63,150 nt of DNA, from the NCBI GenBank assembly GCA_902628045.1, contig CACOLU010000005.1, forward strand, positions 1 through 63,150. The letters run 5' to 3'. Origin of the DNA: an uncultured Candidatus Actinomarina sp. (GTDB taxonomy: Bacteria; Actinomycetota; Acidimicrobiia; Actinomarinales; Actinomarinaceae). The position numbers were made by a program, and so were the translations under genes. Within the stretch, counting starts at the first letter, position 1, and each line of letters begins with the position of its first letter. This document shows positions 56,489 through 63,150 of the stretch, piece by piece. The notes beneath the pieces were generated by a model. It was given only the letters and a program-made list of their open reading frames with translations. It was not told where the DNA came from and ran no database searches.

Positions 56489-57808
56489 ATGAAATATAAA
56501 GTTAAAAAAGTTGGTGATTTTGAAAACAACATTGAAATTGATATTGATTTTGAAGATCTTGATTCCAAAAAAGATGAGGCAATTTCAAAAATTAGTAAAT
56601 CATTAAAAGTTAAAGGATTTAGACCAGGAAAAATCCCAAAAAATATTGTCATAAGAGAAGTAGGAGAAGACTATATACTTGAGGAATCTATGGATCTATA
56701 TTTGCCTGAGCAAATATTCGAAATTTTGCAAAAAGAAGAATTAAATCCAGCAGTTAGGCCTGTGGTAAAAGATTTAAAAAAAGAAAAAAAATCCTACAAG
56801 GTAGATGTTTTAATCACACTTTGGCCTAAATTATCAAAACTTCCAAAACTAAATCAAACTGTAGAAGTAGAATCCATTACTCCAACAGAGGAAGAGATTT
56901 CAGATCAAATTGACAGAATAAAGCTACAGTTTGCTGACGTAACCAAAGTTGAAAGACCTTCAAAAACATCTGATTATTTATTAGTAAACATAGGTGGTAC
57001 AGAAAATGGTAATGAGTTAGAAGAATTTTCTTATCAAGATTATTTGTATGAACTTGGAAGTAACTCACTAACACCCTCAATGGATTCAAAATTAGAAGGT
57101 GTGTCTACAGGGGCAATTATTAAATTTAATGATGATATACCCTCTATTGGAAAAAACAATGTCGAAATTACTGTCTTAGTAAAAGAAATCAAAGAAAAAG
57201 TTATGCCAGAATTGACTGACGAATGGGTTTCTTCAATGACTGAATTTGATAATATTGAAGAAATGAACGACGAGTTATTTAAAAATATTGAGATGGTTAA
57301 AAAAAGACAAATTGCTAATCAGTACCAAGGTTTATTGACAAGTAAATTGATAGAAGAATCAAAGTTAGAACTTCCTGAACAGTTAGTAATTGCTGAAATG
57401 GACAGCATATTGCAAAACTTTATGGCTGAATTGAACCAAAATAATATAAAAATTGAAGATTACTTACAAATAACTGGACTAACTGAAGAAACTCTTCAAG
57501 AAGACTTAAAAAATCAAGCAACTAGAAATTTATCAATGGTGGTTATTCTTGATAAAGTTGTTGAAGATCAAGAGCTTAAACTAGATGACAAAGAAATTAA
57601 ATATATTGATGATCACATGTCAACTCATGATGAAGAAGGAAATGAAATTGAGGATGCAAGTCATAGGTTAAATTTAGAAGCAGAATCCCTAAGAAATAAG
57701 GCTATGCTACATATTTTGCAACAAGGAGTGTCTGTTGATAAGGATGGTGAAAAAGTATACCTACAAGACGTCTACAATCAAGAGGAAGAAGTAAGAGAGG
57801 AAGAATAA
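56489..57808 (+). CDS. tig: Trigger factor
   Basis: KGFRPGKIP ribosome-binding loop, FKBP-like domain, [24 protein letters not shown]; tig-clpP-clpX synteny. Confidence 0.96.
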   Translation: MKYKVKKVGDFENNIEIDIDFEDLDSKKDEAISKISKSLKVKGFRPGKIPKNIVIREVGEDYILEESMDLYLPEQIFEILQKEELNPAVRPVVKDLKKEKKSYKVDVLITLWPKLSKLPKLNQTVEVESITPTEEEISDQIDRIKLQFADVTKVERPSKTSDYLLVNIGGTENGNELEEFSYQDYLYELGSNSLTPSMDSKLEGVSTGAIIKFNDDIPSIGKNNVEITVLVKEIKEKVMPELTDEWVSSMTEFDNIEEMNDELFKNIEMVKKRQIANQYQGLLTSKLIEESKLELPEQLVIAEMDSILQNFMAELNQNNIKIEDYLQITGLTEETLQEDLKNQATRNLSMVVILDKVVEDQELKLDDKEIKYIDDHMSTHDEEGNEIEDASHRLNLEAESLRNKAMLHILQQGVSVDKDGEKVYLQDVYNQEEEVREEE

Positions 57809-57809
57809 T

Positions 57810-58427
57810 ATGAAAGAATTACCTTCAAATTATGTTATCCCTACTGTTATAGAAAATACTAACAGGGGCGAGAGGGCCTTTGATATATACTCAAGGCTTT
57901 TAAAAGATAGAATTATATTTTTGGGAACACCAATTGATGATGGTGTAGCAAACTCCATAATGGCTCAGCTATTGCATTTAGAGTCAGAAGACCCAGATAA
58001 AGATATTTTTATGTATATCAATTCGCCAGGAGGATCAATCACTTCACTATTTACAATTTATGACACAATGAAGTACATAAAGCCAGATATTTCTACAGTG
58101 TGCATGGGGCTAGCAGCCTCTGCAGCTTCTGTTATTTTAGCTGGTGGTACATCTGGAAAAAGATATAGTTTGCCAAATGCAAGAATTATGCTCCACCAAC
58201 CTTCTGGTGGTATGGAGGGGACTGTAGCTGATATGGAGAGAAATTTTGACTTGATTGTATCAATGAGAACTCAATTAAACGGTTTATTGGCCGATTTTAC
58301 TGGTCAAGATGTTGAAAAAGTTGCAGAAGATACAGATAGAGATTTTTGGATGACCGCGCAAGAAGCTAAAGAATACGGTATAGTAGATGAGGTGCTAATT
58401 CAAAGGGAGTTAGCCGAAAAAAAATAA
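57810..58427 (+). CDS. clpP: ATP-dependent Clp protease proteolytic subunit
   Basis: [27 protein letters not shown] (Ser), MLHQP (His), DRD (Asp). Confidence 0.98.
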   Translation: MKELPSNYVIPTVIENTNRGERAFDIYSRLLKDRIIFLGTPIDDGVANSIMAQLLHLESEDPDKDIFMYINSPGGSITSLFTIYDTMKYIKPDISTVCMGLAASAASVILAGGTSGKRYSLPNARIMLHQPSGGMEGTVADMERNFDLIVSMRTQLNGLLADFTGQDVEKVAEDTDRDFWMTAQEAKEYGIVDEVLIQRELAEKK

Positions 58428-58451
58428 CATAAAACAACAGGGTAGTTAAAA

Positions 58452-59708
58452 ATGGCAAATAAAGACTCATCTCAAGCACTTAAGTGCAGTTTTTGTGGCA
58501 AGTCTCAAAAACAAGTAATTAAGTTAATCGCAGGTCCAGGTGTATATATATGCGATGAATGTATTGAACTTTGCGTTGAAATAATCGAAGAAGAAAAAGT
58601 CGAAAAATTAGAAACAAGTCCAGAAGAGTACCTACCTTTACCAAAAGAAATTAATCAATCTCTTAATGAATACATTATCGGCCAAGAAGACGCCAAAAAG
58701 ACATTATCTGTTGCAGTTTATAATCATTACAAAAGAATTTATAAGGGTGATTTGCTAAATAATGAACTTGAAATCCAAAAATCAAATGTTCTACTTTTAG
58801 GTCCAACTGGTAGCGGTAAAACTTTATTGGCACAAACATTAGCAAAAACCCTAAACGTGCCTTTCGCAATCGCTGATGCAACTACTCTTACAGAGGCTGG
58901 TTACGTTGGCGAGGATGTCGAGAATATTTTGCTAACTTTAATACAGTCTGCTGATTATGAAATTCCTAGAGCCGAAAAGGGCATTATTTACATCGATGAA
59001 ATAGATAAAATCACAAGAAAATCAGATAACCCATCAATAACAAGAGATGTTTCTGGAGAAGGAGTTCAGCAGGCATTACTTAAAATACTTGAAGGAACAA
59101 CTGCTCAAGTGCCACCACAAGGTGGTAGAAAACATCCGCAACAAGAGTACTTGCAAATAGATACTACAAATATTTTATTTATTGTTGGGGGAGCTTTTGA
59201 TGGACTAGATCAAATTATCAGTAAAAGACTTGGAGAGAATACAATTGGCTTTAATACAAACATTTCAGATTCGAAGGAATTTAACAAAGAGGAACTGTTT
59301 GCTTTTGTTGAACCAAAAGATTTAATTAAGTTTGGATTAATACCTGAATTTATTGGAAGACTACCAGTTACAACTAATGTTAATGAATTAAGTAAAGATG
59401 CTTTGATAGAGATATTAACCAAGCCTAAAAATGCTATTACAAAACAATTTAAGAAAATGTTTGAACTTGATGATATAGATCTTGTATTCACTGATGCATC
59501 TCTTGAGGCAATGGCTGATTTAGCACTAGAAAGAAAAACTGGTGCAAGAGGTCTACGTTCAATATTAGAGAAAATATTGTTAGATGAAATGTACGAATCG
59601 CCATCAAGAAAAGATATTTCTAAAATAATTATCGATAAAGAAAATGTTTTGGAAGATATTTCACCAAAAATGGTTTTGAAAGAGTCAAAAGACGACAAAA
59701 CTGCATAA
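58452..59708 (+). CDS. clpX: ATP-dependent Clp protease ATPase subunit
   Basis: CSFC...ICDEC zinc finger, [27 protein letters not shown] loop, IGF loop, GARGLR. Confidence 0.98.
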   Translation: MANKDSSQALKCSFCGKSQKQVIKLIAGPGVYICDECIELCVEIIEEEKVEKLETSPEEYLPLPKEINQSLNEYIIGQEDAKKTLSVAVYNHYKRIYKGDLLNNELEIQKSNVLLLGPTGSGKTLLAQTLAKTLNVPFAIADATTLTEAGYVGEDVENILLTLIQSADYEIPRAEKGIIYIDEIDKITRKSDNPSITRDVSGEGVQQALLKILEGTTAQVPPQGGRKHPQQEYLQIDTTNILFIVGGAFDGLDQIISKRLGENTIGFNTNISDSKEFNKEELFAFVEPKDLIKFGLIPEFIGRLPVTTNVNELSKDALIEILTKPKNAITKQFKKMFELDDIDLVFTDASLEAMADLALERKTGARGLRSILEKILLDEMYESPSRKDISKIIIDKENVLEDISPKMVLKESKDDKTA

Positions 59709-59718
59709 AATATAATAT

Positions 59719-62310
59719 ATGCAAGATGAAAAATACGATCCATTATCAATTGAAAAAAAATGGCAAAAGAATTGGGAACAAGGAAATAAATTTCAACCAA
59801 AAGATTCTGACAAAAATTTTTCTATAGTAATTCCACCTCCAAATGTAACTGGCTCGCTTCATATGGGTCATGCTTTAGAACATTCGATAATTGACGTTAT
59901 AACAAGAATAAAAAGATTACAAGGCTTTCAAACTCTTTGGCTTCCTGGAACTGACCATGCTGGAATTATTACCCAACTTCTTGTTGAAAAAGAATTAGAG
60001 GAGAATGGAATTTCTAAGCACGATTTAGGAAGAGAAAACTTCTTATCAAAAGTATGGGAGTGGAAAGATAAATCAGGTGACAATATTACTAATCAAATGA
60101 AAACTTTAGGTATGAGCTGTGATTGGTCAAGAGAAAGATTCACAATGGATGAAGGACTCTCAGAAGCAGTAATAAATGTATTTGTATCGCTATATGAGAA
60201 TGATTTAATTTACAAGGGTACTCGAATGGTTAATTGGGATACAAAATTAAAGTCAGCAGTTTCAGATTTGGAAGTAACATCTTCAAATGAATTAGGGAAG
60301 TTGTGGACAATTAACTATAAAGTTGGAGATTCATCTTTAGAAATAGCAACAACAAGACCAGAGACTTTACTGGGGGATACAGCCGTTGCTGTAAATCCTT
60401 CAGATGATCGATATAAAGATCTAATAGGCCAGACTGCAACTATACCAATCGTAAATAGAGAAGTAAAAATTATTGCTGATGACTATGTTGATGTTGAGTT
60501 TGGATCTGGTTGTGTAAAAATTACACCTGCTCATGATTTTAATGATTACGAGATCGGTAAAAGGCACAATCTAGAAATGATCAGGTGCTTAGATTTTGAT
60601 GGAAAAATTGAAGATCATGAATTTATACCTCATGAATTAAGAGGACTTGATAGATTTGAGGCTCGTGAAAAGATAATAGATATGCTTAAAAATCAAAATT
60701 TACTTAAAGGAGTAAAAGATCATCAAATTCAAATTCCAAAAGGTGATAGGTCAAAAACAATACTTGAACCAATGGTTTCTGAACAATGGTTTGTGAAAAC
60801 TGACGAGGTTGCAAAAAAAGCAATAAAAGTTGTTGAGGATGATGAAATTAGGTTTATACCAAAAAATTGGGAAAAAACTTATTTTGAATGGATGTACAAT
60901 ATTCAGGACTGGTGCATATCTAGGCAGCAGTGGTGGGGCCATAGGATTCCAGCTTGGTATGATGCTGAGCAAAATCATTATGTTGGTACAAGTGAGGTTA
61001 ATGTAAGAGAGAAATATGGCCTTAAAGATAGTATTAAATTAACGCAAGATGAAGATGTATTAGATACCTGGTTTTCATCAGCGCTTTGGCCATTCAGTAC
61101 TTTAGGCTGGCCAGAAGACACAGAAGATTTAAATAGCTACTATCCTACAACCTTACTTGTGACTGGTTTTGATATTATATTTTTCTGGGTTGCAAGAATG
61201 ATTATGATGGGTTTATACACAATGGAAAGTATTCCATTTAAAGATATTCTTATCCATGGTTTAGTTAGAGATTCACAAGGCAGGAAAATGTCAAAAAGCC
61301 TTGGCAATACAATGGACCCCTTAGAATTATCTGAAAAACATGGCGCAGATGCTTTGAGATTCTCCCTAATAGAAAAAGCAAATCCAGGACAAGATGTACC
61401 GTTTGATGAAGAGTGGACAGTGTCTGCAAAAAAATTTGGTAACAAAATTTGGAATGCAGCAAAATTTGTACATTTATATACTGATGAATCTACACCATCA
61501 GAAATAAGCAGTGTATCTTTGATTGAAAATAAATGGATCATTTCAAGGTTTAATGACACTCTAGAAGAATTTAATGAGCTTTTTGAAAAGTATAAAATTT
61601 CTGATGCCTATAAGTTATTGTATAATTTCTTATGGTCAGAGTTATTTGATTGGTATTTTGAATTTTCGAAAAACTTGTTTAATGACGAAGATAATAAAAA
61701 TGAAACTCAAATAGTATTAAAATCTATATTTTTAGAATCATTGAAATTATTGAACCCTGCAATGCCTCATATAACTGAAGAGATATGGTCATCGTTTAAC
61801 AAAGATTATATAATTGAAAATACATGGCCTTCAACATTTCATGAAGAATCAGGTGATATTTTTGAAATAGAAAATTTAAAAGAAATCATAACAAAAATTA
61901 GAAACTTTAAATCAACTTATAATCTGAAAAACTCTTTAGCCATTGATTTATACTCATTTAGTACTTATCCGGATTGGTTTGTCAATCAGCTTGAGAAAAC
62001 TGCAAATGTCAATATATCTGTTATCGAAAGCAGCTTAGAAGAAGGAGTTGTTCTCTCTTTCCAATCAAATGATTTTGTATTAAGCCTATTGGCTAATAAT
62101 TATATTGATGTTGAAAGTGAAATAAAAAGACTCAAAAAGAAAAAATCGGAATTGAATAAATCATTAGAAATTTCTAATAATAGGTTGACTAATGAAAAAT
62201 TTCTTCAAAATGCAAAACAAGAATTAATTGATCAAGAAAAACAAAACTTACAAAATCTAAGTAGTCAGATTGAATCAATAAATTCAACATTAAATTCTCT
62301 TAATAATTGA
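59719..62310 (+). CDS. valS: Valyl-tRNA synthetase
   Basis: PPPNVTGSLHMGH, DWCISRQQWWGH, DVLDTWFSS, KMSKS, C-terminal coiled coil. Confidence 0.98.
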   Translation: MQDEKYDPLSIEKKWQKNWEQGNKFQPKDSDKNFSIVIPPPNVTGSLHMGHALEHSIIDVITRIKRLQGFQTLWLPGTDHAGIITQLLVEKELEENGISKHDLGRENFLSKVWEWKDKSGDNITNQMKTLGMSCDWSRERFTMDEGLSEAVINVFVSLYENDLIYKGTRMVNWDTKLKSAVSDLEVTSSNELGKLWTINYKVGDSSLEIATTRPETLLGDTAVAVNPSDDRYKDLIGQTATIPIVNREVKIIADDYVDVEFGSGCVKITPAHDFNDYEIGKRHNLEMIRCLDFDGKIEDHEFIPHELRGLDRFEAREKIIDMLKNQNLLKGVKDHQIQIPKGDRSKTILEPMVSEQWFVKTDEVAKKAIKVVEDDEIRFIPKNWEKTYFEWMYNIQDWCISRQQWWGHRIPAWYDAEQNHYVGTSEVNVREKYGLKDSIKLTQDEDVLDTWFSSALWPFSTLGWPEDTEDLNSYYPTTLLVTGFDIIFFWVARMIMMGLYTMESIPFKDILIHGLVRDSQGRKMSKSLGNTMDPLELSEKHGADALRFSLIEKANPGQDVPFDEEWTVSAKKFGNKIWNAAKFVHLYTDESTPSEISSVSLIENKWIISRFNDTLEEFNELFEKYKISDAYKLLYNFLWSELFDWYFEFSKNLFNDEDNKNETQIVLKSIFLESLKLLNPAMPHITEEIWSSFNKDYIIENTWPSTFHEESGDIFEIENLKEIITKIRNFKSTYNLKNSLAIDLYSFSTYPDWFVNQLEKTANVNISVIESSLEEGVVLSFQSNDFVLSLLANNYIDVESEIKRLKKKKSELNKSLEISNNRLTNEKFLQNAKQELIDQEKQNLQNLSSQIESINSTLNSLNN

Positions 62311-63150
62311 AGGAATTAGAAGAATATTTAAATTCTAAAATTGGTTTAACCAACAACAAGAATCTTCATGTACTTGATAGATTCTTTACTGATTCTCAGC
62401 TTAATAATTTAATGAACAAAACAATTTCCATTGTTGGAACCAATGGCAAAACATCAACAGCTAATTTTGTATACCAACTTCTTAGTAATGATATTTTAAA
62501 TGTTTTAATGTTTACTTCGCCTCATCTTGTAAATTTTTCAGAGCGAATACAATCTAATACTGAAATTAATTTTGATTATCTCACAAAAATTGTTCAAGAC
62601 TTTGAGAGCGAGAATAATATAACTTTAGGGTATTTTGAGACACTTTTTCTGATCGCTTGTAAAGCTTTTTTAGATAATGAAATGGATTATTTCATTTGCG
62701 AGGCTGGTATTGGTGGCATTCTAGATACTACATCTGTTATTCAAAGTAAAAATGTTGTCCTGACAAATATTGGAAGAGATCATCAAGAACTACTTGGTGA
62801 CACAGCTCTTAAAGTATTAAAACAAAAGATATTTGTATCAAATAATATCGATAATTTATTTGTTGGTGATCTAAGTGATGAATTAGTTAAAGTAATAGAA
62901 AATAGTTATAAACATTGTAAATCAAAGTTCTTCTTAAAAGATTTTGTTGACAGTGAATCTAAAAAATTAAAAAATTTAACAGCAAATCAAGTAAATTATG
63001 TACTTGCCTCGATTACCGTAAAATCAATACTGAATCTAAAGAATAAGGAAATTTCCTATGATTTTGTCAATACTTTAGTTGAAGGTAGATTTGAAATTAT
63101 TAATCGAAATCCTTTAAAAATTTTAGATGGTGCACACAATATCGATGGGT
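62307..63150 (+). CDS. folC: Folylpolyglutamate synthase/dihydrofolate synthase (3'-truncated by window edge)
   Basis: TTG start overlapping the valS TGA; IVGTNGKTST, FTSPHL..FSERI, EAGIGG.LDTT, GRFE, ILDGAHN. Not in the supplied ORF track. Confidence 0.95.
   Translation, partial: MKELEEYLNSKIGLTNNKNLHVLDRFFTDSQLNNLMNKTISIVGTNGKTSTANFVYQLLSNDILNVLMFTSPHLVNFSERIQSNTEINFDYLTKIVQDFESENNITLGYFETLFLIACKAFLDNEMDYFICEAGIGGILDTTSVIQSKNVVLTNIGRDHQELLGDTALKVLKQKIFVSNNIDNLFVGDLSDELVKVIENSYKHCKSKFFLKDFVDSESKKLKNLTANQVNYVLASITVKSILNLKNKEISYDFVNTLVEGRFEIINRNPLKILDGAHNIDG

Noticed and set aside
59210-59800. 196-aa antisense ORF over clpX/valS, and other antisense ORFs (for example 16486, 19606, 61140)
   Set aside because: Shadow frames of conserved genes, with Ser/Ile/Phe-rich composition and no motifs.
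1-63150. CRISPR arrays, IS elements, rRNA, tmRNA, RNase P or SRP RNA
   Set aside because: No repeat-spacer pattern or transposase seen, and no unexplained gap is large enough.

Overview
This is a very AT-rich (roughly 30% GC by eye), extremely compact chromosomal segment. Marker genes (WhiB, UPF0182, YlbL-type PDZ-Lon, Nur-type Fur regulator, LppM-like lipoprotein, tig-clpP-clpX-valS-folC) point to a streamlined actinobacterium, most plausibly marine Acidimicrobiia such as Ca. Actinomarinales (inference). Housekeeping content: shikimate/Phe operon (aroE-aroC-aroK-aroB-aroQ-pheA), trpS, pcrA, TCA block (sucCD-icd-mdh, sdhCDAB, aconitase), hup, a branched-chain-type ABC importer with an embedded long-chain acyl-CoA ligase, rph-rdgB, cimA, acs, seven tRNAs and tig-clpP-clpX-valS-folC. 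I saw no mobile elements or CRISPR arrays. Signals the ORF track misses or mis-calls: (1) a membrane-anchored thioredoxin-fold selenoprotein (in-frame TGA in a UxxC motif plus a SECIS-like hairpin), head-to-head with a Nur-like regulator, a Nur box and a CbiQO/NikQO module with no S component in the window; (2) an Ile-sensing leader peptide (MKKIIIII) and attenuator before citramalate synthase; (3) a peptidase S51 domain fused to a CysRS anticodon-binding-like domain; (4) a bacterial translin/TRAX homolog with intact catalytic acidic residues; (5) apparent ATT and ATA start codons; (6) frequent leaderless promoter signatures; (7) two unannotated small ORFs. Family names come from motif recognition, not database searches.
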